Position numbers and translations under genes: made by a program. Below the pieces are notes generated by a model, which saw only the letters and a list, made by a program, of their open reading frames with translations, was not told where the DNA came from and made no database searches. Of a DNA stretch of 64,000 nucleotides, positions 11,001 to 19,501 are shown in pieces; positions within the stretch are counted from its first letter, which is position 1; every line of letters begins with the position of its first letter. The stretch is taken from the IMG/VR virus record IMGVR_UViG_3300031999_000008, positions 1-64,000 of that record; one strand, written 5' to 3'. The DNA is from a virus.

Positions 11001-11373
11001 GTTGTTCAAGCTCAGCTTCATCCAGCTTCTTGATGTCTAGCTTTTCGAGCTTAAAATGGTCGCGGAATGTACGTGCGACTTCGATGTATGTAGAGTGTAA
11101 ATATTTATTTACGAATCGAATAGGATCTGAAGTATACGTACCACACGAAAAACAACGGTAATGTCCCTTCAGAGGACTAAGCACTCCTGATGGGTTAGTG
11201 TCCGGGTGATACGGACACTGCAGTTTAATTGTCTCCCCCGCTTCTTTAACCTTCTGTGCGCCCAGCGTATTTAGGAGGGTTACCCATGCCGCTGTAGGCT
11301 GCTTCCATAGCTTCCGAAGTTCCGCTTGATCAAGCTTCGCTGTCTTCGATGCGCTCTTCTCCTGCTTTGACAT
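8005..11373 (-). CDS. DNA primase-helicase (CHC2 Zn finger + TOPRIM + P-loop NTPase)
   Basis: CPYH..CFSC zinc finger, VEGEHD and DDDAAG TOPRIM motifs, FESGKTT Walker A, LDEM Walker B. Confidence 0.85.
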   Translation of the reverse strand: MSKQEKSASKTAKLDQAELRKLWKQPTAAWVTLLNTLGAQKVKEAGETIKLQCPYHPDTNPSGVLSPLKGHYRCFSCGTYTSDPIRFVNKYLHSTYIEVARTFRDHFKLEKLDIKKLDEAELEQHRMKMLNEVFHQYLCKVWLADKVPQNAANTVTWLKQRGITSVDMLGSLGMLPTSTDLQKLCAQLGGNEEDITWCMRLVGDYLNVTYMNCVTYTYAVSPDEVSAFKLRIPGPDKASVRFVRPKEGGELGAFGVLTSSFYKHYASEKVTRFIAVEGEHDALALTQGMLTNCPDVDEVVIALGGAGHNGVDFMADLGFTECRLMGDDDAAGDSYPASVLPKTRRVAVQVFKWPQRIRNPVPGKIDPDEAIKVHGFDVVFKEVCEPKNYIFATRWCIERAKTRIKGIHQDNIIGLQEVGTEFSTILRNDAERQVFAEEFARMCPSVPATDLLRKTQLQDDTALGFVEKIADWIRSNYQVTTWDCDQGVLKLWNKTRKQYLPVQVDHKAAITQFKRYTTRGSLYYWARDEIGLPSYFPSVDDPESAQTALDKSEEMIEKDVQRAYSMLSAEAVDYAGGFIKGQGIHLENVDVGKPGYIVNGNRVYRLKWTADLSSLSTVTELEGPSDNGIVFDLDHRRNLIEDMEHGWTNQIKCAADITQRPPYTAHQTFTMVHKLINTGFGFRNQEVDSLYCAGLVFYNHLYDVITGRRMLTHYQAQFESGKTTLLSVTANHTQLREFSLCDHALALDSFTQAGFYQIFTNTRLVSALDEMNDPDDGSPDSRNKKTFYQRCRTLATAGKATLSQGTVEGQSRAYHLQNNVITASGTPIVDAMDESRFNTINLKKNPNHNNVRLELRNAFSLEEIEKLRLSVLLHSLHLAPRVKQRYSDLYNQFGRRQAGDGAINIQNVDRFTENLMPMAAVLDAFGVDGKKFIEDYRETRKQQVYERNRSTAGHNIIDTVLNAPIPAKDEPNQFTNIKSMLLDQNQRDKISASKVGVYYDERSQCIGIMWSEVKQTLLKNAQYRTKTPFSLKSEAETAGEWLIDKAEATKLGIITRLMAAGMTSSSDVYSLISVGNLIDKHRKAIADSEAFDRNGKVSEVAEVIPIKQPFTIDEGDPLQGID

Positions 11374-12142
11374 TCCGCCCCCGGACCGTGCAAATCGTTC
11401 GGAAATCACACCAATCGCAATGCTTCCCCACGGTTGCGTCAGGTGTGTCTGCCTTTACGGACTTTTTGTTCAAGTAGTCAATTAACCAGGGTTGCAACAC
11501 ATCTTTGATATAAGACGGTTTTACCGGATTAGACCATTCCAACTTACTGTGTGCTACGTAGTGTAGGGCGCACTGAACTCCTTTTAAATCCGGAAAGTGC
11601 GCCAACGCCATTACAGTATAAAAATGTAATTGCGTAGTGTAATACGTAGCGGGACGGACCCGGCCCGTCTTGTGGTCGATGATGATAACGTGTCCGCTCT
11701 CCAGAACCAAGCTCATATCGACGATGCCTCGAATGATTCCGCGCTCGTCCGCAAAATCACAGGCTTCGTAATCTTTAGTCACTGCCCACTTGTTTTCTAA
11801 CAACACATGCTTGACCGGATAATTCGACTTAAACACACGTATGCGTTCATCGAAGTCGATCAACGGCTGTGCGAAGGTCTTCACCTTCTCTTTGTCTTTG
11901 TGCGTTAGATCCGATTCAGACTCGGTAATCGCGGTACTAAGCGCCTCGGCGACGTGCACACCTTGTAGGACAAGTTCTTGCGCTCTATGTACAGTGACAC
12001 CCACAATAGCAGCAGATCCCTTGGGACCCGTTGCTACTTTGTCGATGTATCTGTACTTAAAAGCAAGAGCACACGTCGCAGCCAATGACGCCTTTGAAGG
12101 CGACCAAGGGCCATATTTAACAAGGGGCAAGTGCTTAGTCAT
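11330..12142 (-). CDS. PD-(D/E)XK exonuclease (AddB/Cas4-like, 4-Cys cluster)
   Basis: SPS..C, GIVD, IIDHKTG, QLHFY, CDWC...C. Confidence 0.88.
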   Translation of the reverse strand: MTKHLPLVKYGPWSPSKASLAATCALAFKYRYIDKVATGPKGSAAIVGVTVHRAQELVLQGVHVAEALSTAITESESDLTHKDKEKVKTFAQPLIDFDERIRVFKSNYPVKHVLLENKWAVTKDYEACDFADERGIIRGIVDMSLVLESGHVIIIDHKTGRVRPATYYTTQLHFYTVMALAHFPDLKGVQCALHYVAHSKLEWSNPVKPSYIKDVLQPWLIDYLNKKSVKADTPDATVGKHCDWCDFRTICTVRGRNVKAGEERIEDSEA

Positions 12143-12152
12143 TTTTACCTAA

Positions 12153-12186
12153 ATAAAAAGCGCGGGTACTCGCAATACCCGCGCTT
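12153..12186 (-). terminator. Rho-independent terminator
   Basis: AAGCGCGGGTA/TACCCGCGCTT hairpin followed by a T-run on the minus strand. Confidence 0.75.
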
Positions 12187-12205
12187 CTAATTCACACCGT
12201 ACGAA

Positions 12206-13054
12206 TCAGACTGAATCAGAGAAATTGATTTCTTCTTCACTTACACTCACACCGTCGGCAGGCAATGCTCCCCCGCTGCCACCACCGCCGCCACTTGCAG
12301 CGCGCTTGGTGTACTCTTCCTGTAGAAGAAGCATCTTCTTGTAGTTCGAACTGAAGTATTCGAACAACATGTCACACACTTTGGAGACGTCTTCGGTCGT
12401 CCGCTGCGCCGTGGCATTTGTCTTCAGCACGTAATAGGTATTCTTGCCGGTGACCATCTTCTCGACACCGAGCGTGAATACACGACTCCACATGTTCGGC
12501 GGCAGAGACAATTGGCGGATATTCTTTCCCGCCTTGGCACTCGTCTTCGTAAAGTCGATGCGATAAATACTTTTCACATCGGGCGTCACGACATAGTAGG
12601 TCGACCCCGGACTGCACTGAGGGCGCTCGCCCTTTACGAATTGACCGTAGGGACAGGTCTTGCACGTGCCATAACGGTTACCCGTCAGACCGTCCATAGA
12701 CTGGCACTCGATCTTGTCGTCATCGCCCCAGCGAACACGGTTGTTGTGCGTGTAGACCGGGATGAACTCAAGTTCGTCGCCGACGTGCTCGCTCTGGGAC
12801 GTATATAATTGACCGACTTTAGTCTCGGCTGGTATCTTGTCGGAGTTCGAACTGTTCTGCTTCAGCGCAATGCGGGGAATCTGGACACGCTGCGGAGCCT
12901 CGATACCCTTTACCGCCGGGGTGGTCTTGCTAGCAAGTACCTCGATGTTAAGTCCGAGCTCCGTATCAGCAAGCGTGTTTGCATACGCCCTGAGAGAGTC
13001 CGCTACACTGTTCAACGTTTCGTCGTATTTCTGGATTTGATTATCGGTTGTCAT
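12206..13054 (-). CDS. Putative ssDNA-binding protein with Zn motif
   Basis: PRIALKQ start, C..DG..G..CxxC..C motif, Gly linker and acidic-aromatic tail EEEINFSDSV; replication context. Confidence 0.6.
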   Translation of the reverse strand: MTTDNQIQKYDETLNSVADSLRAYANTLADTELGLNIEVLASKTTPAVKGIEAPQRVQIPRIALKQNSSNSDKIPAETKVGQLYTSQSEHVGDELEFIPVYTHNNRVRWGDDDKIECQSMDGLTGNRYGTCKTCPYGQFVKGERPQCSPGSTYYVVTPDVKSIYRIDFTKTSAKAGKNIRQLSLPPNMWSRVFTLGVEKMVTGKNTYYVLKTNATAQRTTEDVSKVCDMLFEYFSSNYKKMLLLQEEYTKRAASGGGGGSGGALPADGVSVSEEEINFSDSV

Positions 13055-13142
13055 TTTTTCCTGCTCCGCACGGAGCCTGTTTGGGAACGGTCAGACTAAC
13101 GTAAGCTGCTAGGAAGCACAACAGCTGTTTCGGGGTAAAAAG

Positions 13143-13826
13143 ATGCGCGCTAATACTTCTGCAGACTCGCTATCGCGTTACTACAAAGAAGTCGAGTCGA
13201 CGCGAATGCTAACCGCAGAGGTAGAGCGCGAGCTCATCCAACGGTACAAAGAAACGAAAGACCCCAAGGCCCGCGACCTGATTGTGCAAGGTGCACTCCG
13301 GTACGTAATAGCTGAAGCTCGCAAGCATCCTCGAAGTAGGATAGAGCGATCCATTCTCGAAGACCTCATCGCTGCGGGGAATATAGGGCTCATACGAGCG
13401 CTCACTAAATTCAAACCCGAGGCGGGTACCCGCTTTCTGACATACGCTAGCTGGTGGGTACGCCACGAGATGCGTGAAGAAGGTCGACGTCTCGGTTTAG
13501 TACATGTGCCGGCGCATGCCATTGCTAAAGGCTTGCGCACGCCGCACACCACCGAGTACGTCGAGAATATCGTCGGAGACGCAGATACCAACTTAGAAGG
13601 CTATGCAGTCGATATCGAAATGCAGCAAAGCCTTCTAAAATTGTTCCAACTAACAGACCTCTCTATACGGGAGGTCTTCATCATTAAAACGTCGTTCGGC
13701 ATCCACACAGCGCCTAAGACGTTAAAACAAATAGGACGCGTATTGGAGATTACAGGTGAACGCGTGCGTCAGCTACGGGAAACAGCCGTTACCAAACTAC
13801 GCTCGGCTGCCTCCCGTTTTGTCTGA
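13143..13826 (+). CDS. Sigma70-family factor (RpoD/RpoS/RpoH type; regions 1.2, 2 and 4)
   Basis: DSLSRYYKEV; DLIAAGNIGLIRALTKF..RFLTYASWWVR; TLKQIG..ITGERVRQL. Confidence 0.92.
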   Translation: MRANTSADSLSRYYKEVESTRMLTAEVERELIQRYKETKDPKARDLIVQGALRYVIAEARKHPRSRIERSILEDLIAAGNIGLIRALTKFKPEAGTRFLTYASWWVRHEMREEGRRLGLVHVPAHAIAKGLRTPHTTEYVENIVGDADTNLEGYAVDIEMQQSLLKLFQLTDLSIREVFIIKTSFGIHTAPKTLKQIGRVLEITGERVRQLRETAVTKLRSAASRFV

Positions 13827-14840
13827 CTACGCCGTCTGCACAGCAGCGTCCGCTTTGCGAGGACGCCCGCGCTTCTTCTTCACAGGCTGGCCCTCAGAGT
13901 CCACCGCCGCAGTACGTGCCGCCTTAGGCTCGTCCTCATCGGTTTCCTCTGTAAGTACCTTGTTATCCTTCGAATGGTAATTTACGTCCGAATACTTTTC
14001 GTTGACCTTAAGGTCCGTCACGTTGGTTACGCCTGCGTCGCCTAACGCAATACGAATCCCCGCAGCGACGCCATTGTAAAACGTCTTTTCGTCCTTGCTG
14101 TTGAGCTTGGACTCGGCCTCAAAGGACACGTCACTGACGTACTGAACGAGGTTCTTCGCCGTAGGGCGTCCCTTGTTCGCGTACTTACGCCGCTTGCCCC
14201 CTTCGCTGGCAGCGTCCTTCAGCAACTTGCGAGCGTCCGCCCGCGTGTCGGCGTTCAATACTTGATCGACAAGCGCGTTCTGCTTGTCCTCTTCCACGTC
14301 AGCAATGTGTAGCGCCTGTTCCAGAGTAATATCTCCAGACTTGAGGGCCTGCTGCGCTTGGTGTGTCAGCTGAGTCGCCACCTTGTAGTGGTAGCTGACC
14401 CAAGACTGGTTGCGTCCTAGGCGTGCTGCAATATCGCGCTGTTCGAAGCCTGCGAGAACCAGACGCTTTACCTGCTGCGAGATTTCATACGTAGTCAGGC
14501 TCTTACGTTCAATATTCTCTTTGAGATTCCGAACACGCAGGTCATCGAGATTTCCCTCGTTCAATACGACGTCCAAGGAAGCATAGGCATCTTCGCCCAT
14601 TTCTTCTCGGATTTTCGTGATCGCATAGTATCGACGGAAACCGTAGACCAACAAATAGCGCGGGGATTCCGGTGTGCCAGCGTTCTGCTTCAGCGCCACA
14701 CCCACGGGTTGAAGTAGGCCGTCATCCATGATGCTCTGTTTGAGCTCATCGATTTCGGTGTACTCTTTACGGCAGTTAAAATCGAGATCCGCGATGATGG
14801 ACTCGAATGGAATAGATACCAATCGTTTCTTGGCTGGCAT
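13827..14840 (-). CDS. parB: ParB/Spo0J-like protein with C-terminal AT-hook
   Basis: ELKQSI..GLLQPV..GFRRY..ENIER, HTH QRDIAARLGRNQSWVS, KKRGRPRK. Confidence 0.85.
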   Translation of the reverse strand: MPAKKRLVSIPFESIIADLDFNCRKEYTEIDELKQSIMDDGLLQPVGVALKQNAGTPESPRYLLVYGFRRYYAITKIREEMGEDAYASLDVVLNEGNLDDLRVRNLKENIERKSLTTYEISQQVKRLVLAGFEQRDIAARLGRNQSWVSYHYKVATQLTHQAQQALKSGDITLEQALHIADVEEDKQNALVDQVLNADTRADARKLLKDAASEGGKRRKYANKGRPTAKNLVQYVSDVSFEAESKLNSKDEKTFYNGVAAGIRIALGDAGVTNVTDLKVNEKYSDVNYHSKDNKVLTEETDEDEPKAARTAAVDSEGQPVKKKRGRPRKADAAVQTA

Positions 14841-14852
14841 TGTGACGTTCCC

Positions 14853-15080
14853 CTAAATTTTGAAAAGGATGCGACGGATTATCTTGACGATATTTTTTAT
14901 AGCCGCCAGAACATGCGGTTGCATGAGCCAGTGCACTATATCGGAAATGGTTCTCAACAGGTCTTCCATGACGTCTCCCACGGAAGAAACGTGCATGGGT
15001 ACGCTTACACGTCTGTGCGCTAGCGTACTTGGACCGAACCCGTAACTGACCGTACCTACTCGCGTCTGTCTCGTAACCAA
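14853..15080 (-). CDS. Small hypothetical protein
   Basis: Fills a gap in the minus-strand operon; start uncertain. Confidence 0.45.
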   Translation of the reverse strand: MVTRQTRVGTVSYGFGPSTLAHRRVSVPMHVSSVGDVMEDLLRTISDIVHWLMQPHVLAAIKNIVKIIRRILFKI

Positions 15081-15310
15081 GCTGCCTCCTCTCTTACTTT
15101 ATCCTTGCTGATAAAAGTAAGATTGAGTTGTGATAACGCTACCCCCTCAAGTACGTCACCTACCGCCTGATGAAATTCCCCAAGAATCTCATCACGCGGA
15201 CCATTCGCAGCAATACTTACAATGTACAACGCTCGAATAATACTGGCTCTTTGCGTAACCAGATCGCTTACTGAGCGAACTATTTCACTTCGTTTGCTCG
15301 GTTGCGGCAT
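15056..15310 (-). CDS. Hypothetical protein
   Basis: ATG 15310 (MPQPSK) in the minus-strand operon. Confidence 0.55.
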   Translation of the reverse strand: MPQPSKRSEIVRSVSDLVTQRASIIRALYIVSIAANGPRDEILGEFHQAVGDVLEGVALSQLNLTFISKDKVREEAAWLRDRRE

Positions 15311-15497
15311 GTTCAAATGGCTCGGACCCGTGGATGGGACATAAAACGACACTACCGTGTTTGCGTAACACTGCCCCACAATGCGGGCACTGGTCAAGAT
15401 CCGTCTCACCTAATTTAGTGTTGACTCTAGGAGTCTCGTCAACGCCGTACTTCTCCATTTCAATACTTTCTAGCTAACAAGAGGAGTACAATCTCTT

Positions 15498-15833
15498 TTA
15501 CCTTGTTTGCTTCGCGTTTTCGTTTCTAGCACGACGTACCGGTTCAGGAAACAGTTTTGAACGCGTCAGGTCGTGTAGTAACCGCGGAATACTTTTACTG
15601 CGCGTACCTATTACATTTTCTAGTACAACTATGTTGTCATTACAGACGACAACTAGATCAGGCAAGGGGCCTTCAAGCCCCAGTAAAAATGTACGTATTT
15701 TCTCAGCGTTACGTTGCTTTAAACGGGTCTCCGTGTGGTGCAACCGCGCTTCTTCCAAGGACATAAACTGTACGGTTTCACGTCCTGTACGATCGCACTG
15801 CACACGGACTTGCACACGAACGTCACTCGTCAT
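15498..15833 (-). CDS. Hypothetical protein
   Basis: ATG 15833 with GAGGAG RBS, coupled to the upstream stop. Confidence 0.65.
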   Translation of the reverse strand: MTSDVRVQVRVQCDRTGRETVQFMSLEEARLHHTETRLKQRNAEKIRTFLLGLEGPLPDLVVVCNDNIVVLENVIGTRSKSIPRLLHDLTRSKLFPEPVRRARNENAKQTR

Positions 15834-16254
15834 TGCGCTCCTCAAAGAACGCGACCTTTTCCTCTTTCAGGCGAACAACATTCGCTGCATCCAACACCGG
15901 ATGAATGTCCCCACCCATACCCGTATATACGCGAATCAAACTGGCAATAACGGAACCCAGATTGGATTGGTCAATGACCGCAGTTGCCAAGGCGAGACGT
16001 CCACTGAAGTCTGTAAAGTCTACCTGAGCGCCTCCGTTAATACTAATCGCCGAGTTTGCTTCTTTACGGAACGTCGTGACGTTACAGCGGGCGTTGGGGT
16101 GATTCAACCCGGGTGTCTGCCGGAAAATCATGAAGGCCGCGTTACATTCATCGGGTCGATGCGGAATATGTTGCGTCATCCCCTCGCGAATGTGCAAGGG
16201 GAGCTTCATTAGATCGGGCTGTATGCCCGTGTTGTCCCACATATTCTTGCTCAT
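15823..16254 (-). CDS. Hypothetical protein
   Basis: ATGA overlap with the nuclease stop. Confidence 0.7.
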   Translation of the reverse strand: MSKNMWDNTGIQPDLMKLPLHIREGMTQHIPHRPDECNAAFMIFRQTPGLNHPNARCNVTTFRKEANSAISINGGAQVDFTDFSGRLALATAVIDQSNLGSVIASLIRVYTGMGGDIHPVLDAANVVRLKEEKVAFFEERNDE

Positions 16255-17129
16255 ACACGCTTCCTTCCGCGACAGTCTGCCCAGTAAGGGCACCATTTCG
16301 CAGAACACCACCAATTTTCAGGATTGGTTTTTCGGAAGCGTCCTGCAGCTATATCTTGCGCGACTTGGCTCACTACGTCTAGTGCGTGTAGTACCTCTTG
16401 GTTGGTACGCACTGATTCCGTACGAATGAATCGGTCCGGCAGGGTTTTAGTCGGCTTGATGAGTTGTTCCAGCCGAACGATGGGCTTACCCGTTACGTGT
16501 GCGTACAAGCTGAGTTGCAAGCTGTTATCGGCATCCGCCTGGGGGGACGCGCGCTTCTTGGTCTTTACGTCCCCGATTGCGAACTCCTCTTCTAAGTCGA
16601 TGACGCCTAGAAAAGGAATCACAAGGCTCTCGTCCGTGATGATGTTCATGCGGACAATACGCTCGGCGGCAATTGGCTTTACCGGCGCATAATTCTCGCC
16701 AGTCTCCTTGTTGCGCTCGTTGCCTGTAGCGGCTCGCCGATAACGTTTCGTCAGGCTGATGCCCACGTCCTTTATCTTGCCGGGATCGTTGTCGGTATCT
16801 TCGTCGTCAATCTCAGCAGTCTTAATCTCTTCGTCGTGGAGCTCTGAATACGCGTCGAGCATCTCTGCTTCGCTAATGGGCGCGTTGTCAATCATGCTCA
16901 AGTGCAGCTTCTCGGCTGCTTTATGTACAGCACGCCCCTGTACCTGAAAACTATTCGAAGGTACCTTCCGACGTTTTACATAACGGAAGTAATAAGCTTC
17001 GCCGCACTTCATGTACTGTGTGACTTGTGAGACTGACAAGTAACCTTGCGGGAGCTTGTCCTTAAAGGTGTCGTCCGCAGGTACCGGAGGAATAACTACT
17101 AGCTCTTCATTATCGACTTCGTCAATCAT
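16251..17129 (-). CDS. Second PD-(D/E)XK (RecB/Cas4-like) nuclease
   Basis: LSVSQ..C, GVID, GDVKT, QLSLYA, C..WCPYW..C. Confidence 0.87.
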   Translation of the reverse strand: MIDEVDNEELVVIPPVPADDTFKDKLPQGYLSVSQVTQYMKCGEAYYFRYVKRRKVPSNSFQVQGRAVHKAAEKLHLSMIDNAPISEAEMLDAYSELHDEEIKTAEIDDEDTDNDPGKIKDVGISLTKRYRRAATGNERNKETGENYAPVKPIAAERIVRMNIITDESLVIPFLGVIDLEEEFAIGDVKTKKRASPQADADNSLQLSLYAHVTGKPIVRLEQLIKPTKTLPDRFIRTESVRTNQEVLHALDVVSQVAQDIAAGRFRKTNPENWWCSAKWCPYWADCRGRKRV

Positions 17130-17130
17130 G

Positions 17131-17574
17131 TTATGTACGCTTCTCCATGTTGCGGCTTTGACGAACTATTTTCTCAATGCTACTGACTGCTGCCTCGTCC
17201 TCGCTCGCCACCGCCCGGATAGCCGGCTTGGCGCGCGTGACTTCTGTACGCCCCATGCGCGGCGTCGGGTCCATGAGGTCATTCAGAGTCAACGAGACTC
17301 CATCAGGCTCCCGCGACACGTCTTCCTCCGCGTCCTCGTCGGTATACGTTACAACATCTTCTGTTGGAACAACGTCTACGTACCCCAACGTATGTACGGG
17401 AGCCGGCGCAGGCTGCGGCAGAATGTCCGCCTCTACTTTCAAACCAATCGGGTATGCGTGCAGAAATTGTCGACATATGTCGTCAAGATTCTTTACGTTA
17501 AAACTCTCCTTCGTAAAATGATCTGTGATCATTTGTCGTAAATCAGCCTCTTCGAATTCCAGGGTTATTTTCAC
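17131..17574 (-). CDS. Hypothetical protein
   Basis: GTGA overlap with the helicase stop. Confidence 0.65.
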   Translation of the reverse strand: MKITLEFEEADLRQMITDHFTKESFNVKNLDDICRQFLHAYPIGLKVEADILPQPAPAPVHTLGYVDVVPTEDVVTYTDEDAEEDVSREPDGVSLTLNDLMDPTPRMGRTEVTRAKPAIRAVASEDEAAVSSIEKIVRQSRNMEKRT

Positions 17575-19475
17575 GGTATGGTCCTTACACTTGCGGTGTG
17601 CCGCAGCATGGTGCGGTCATACTTACATTCTTTGTCGTACAGTTTAATCTTGTATTTGTTGCACCGCGTATAAAAATCAGGACACGTGGCGCACACCGTC
17701 GCAGATGTTACGAGCAGACTGAAATCTATTTTCTGATCTAATGCTTTAGCCTTCGCGTCATCCAACGTATATCGCCCTAAGAGACGATAAACAGTGACTT
17801 TACGTGATTGGCCAATACGGTAGTTGCGATCTAAGGACTGTAAGTAATGCTCCAGGCTCCAGGGCAAATTGTAGTAAATGGTGTAATTCGCGGCATTGAG
17901 CGTTACGCCAACGCCTGTACTGACTTGTGCTAAATAAATCCGACAGATAGGGTCCGTGTTAAAGGTAGTCATCGCGGACATCAAGTCCTCACGAGCCATA
18001 CCGCCTTGAACACGTACATACTGTATACCAGACTCTTTTACCGCATTTTCGATGTCATCGAGCTCAGTGTGGAAATTAGCCCAGATGATCACTTTATTCG
18101 CTGGGTCTTCTAGAATAGTTTCGAGTAAGCCCTTACACCGATCTAGACGTGCATTCGATTTGCAGTGATGAACTGCCGTCGGAGGTTGCTTTGTTACGAT
18201 TTTACACGTTTGCGTGTACGGTTTTATACCGTCATCCACACAATTAATAACGTGTTTACAACCATTGCACAGCCCTGGGTTACGCGTAGTCATGTACACG
18301 AAGCCGCTGCTAATTTGATCGACTTTGCCTAGCAACGTGATCGTCTCATCGGCTATCACGTGCGGAGGCGTCGTTAGGCCATCTGCATGCGATAACGTAC
18401 CGTCGAGCATACGGTCTTTCAACGAAAGGCCTGCGCCCATACACCGATCTTGAACCAGCGTGTTGTATTCCTTCTTCTGGTCAGGAAACAACGCGAAATG
18501 CTCGTCGATAATTTGTTGTGCAGGTAAATCTAAGCACTCTTCCTTAGTCTTCTTCAGACTTACAAGGCTGACGCGCTCATTCATGAGCTCCAGGTTTTTA
18601 AATCCGAGTAACATCTTAGGTACGTTATCGTCTTTTTCCCACTCAGGGAAAACACCGAACATCTTACGAAAAGCCCACCAGTTTTCGGGACACAGATACG
18701 TGCCTAGAAATCGCAACTGCGCGTACATATCAAAGGGCGACCCCAGCGATGGCGTGCCCGATAGCAATACACGGCGCTTGGCTCTCAATGCCAGCGTTGT
18801 TACGGCTTTAGTCCGATTTGAAAATGGAGTTTTTAACTGATGCGACTCATCCGCGATGATGGCATCGTAACCTATTTTCAACAATTCGTCGGTATACAGG
18901 GACGCGACGGTGTAGGTGACAATCGTCGCAATCGGCGTGTGTTGCTGCGCTTGGTGGATGCGTGTGGTCTTCTCTTTTTTAGAGCCGTCGATAATTAAGA
19001 CGTCAGAGATCTCCCCGTGCTTCTGAAATTCGTCCGCCCACGTGCCCAGCATCACCAACGGACATACGACCAACATCTTGGCACCCGTGAGACGCTGTAA
19101 GTCCACGGTTATCTTACATTTACCTAAGCCAGGTGAATAGAAGAGACCTGCCCGGAGATTGCGGTAAAGATGCAGAACCCCCGCTTTCTGATGTTGGTAA
19201 GGCGGCGTAATGAAACTAAAATCGGCAGGTAGCGTTACGTCTTGTGCGAGCTGCTGTACGTGATGAAGTACTTCGGGTGAGCACTGCAGCCCTGGGATCT
19301 GTTTCTTCAAGTCCTCCAGCACAATCGCATGCACCGGATAGAAAGCAGGGAAACGCCAGGTGTTCGACGCTCCCGAAAAAGTTGCCCCGTATACTTTTTT
19401 AACTGCCGCTGACTGGCATTGCAGTGTAAATATCGGGGTACCGTAAACAGTTCCGAGTTTTAACGTGTCTGTCAC
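17571..19475 (-). CDS. SNF2-family DExH helicase with two Cys-cluster inserts
   Basis: PGLGKC, IADESH, LSGTP, GVGVTL, QSLDRNYRIGQ. Confidence 0.9.
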   Translation of the reverse strand: MTDTLKLGTVYGTPIFTLQCQSAAVKKVYGATFSGASNTWRFPAFYPVHAIVLEDLKKQIPGLQCSPEVLHHVQQLAQDVTLPADFSFITPPYQHQKAGVLHLYRNLRAGLFYSPGLGKCKITVDLQRLTGAKMLVVCPLVMLGTWADEFQKHGEISDVLIIDGSKKEKTTRIHQAQQHTPIATIVTYTVASLYTDELLKIGYDAIIADESHQLKTPFSNRTKAVTTLALRAKRRVLLSGTPSLGSPFDMYAQLRFLGTYLCPENWWAFRKMFGVFPEWEKDDNVPKMLLGFKNLELMNERVSLVSLKKTKEECLDLPAQQIIDEHFALFPDQKKEYNTLVQDRCMGAGLSLKDRMLDGTLSHADGLTTPPHVIADETITLLGKVDQISSGFVYMTTRNPGLCNGCKHVINCVDDGIKPYTQTCKIVTKQPPTAVHHCKSNARLDRCKGLLETILEDPANKVIIWANFHTELDDIENAVKESGIQYVRVQGGMAREDLMSAMTTFNTDPICRIYLAQVSTGVGVTLNAANYTIYYNLPWSLEHYLQSLDRNYRIGQSRKVTVYRLLGRYTLDDAKAKALDQKIDFSLLVTSATVCATCPDFYTRCNKYKIKLYDKECKYDRTMLRHTASVRTIP

Positions 19476-19501
19476 GTTTTACTCCTATCGAGGATGTCTA
19501 C

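Noticed and set aside
15419-15489. Short inverted repeats in the intergenic gap (GTTGAC/GTCAAC; GTACTTCTC/GAGGAGTAC)
   Set aside because: Stems are short with no clear promoter or T-run; cannot be distinguished from chance or a simple terminator
11330-17129. CRISPR-Cas locus suggested by Cas4-like genes
   Set aside because: No repeat-spacer array or other cas genes seen
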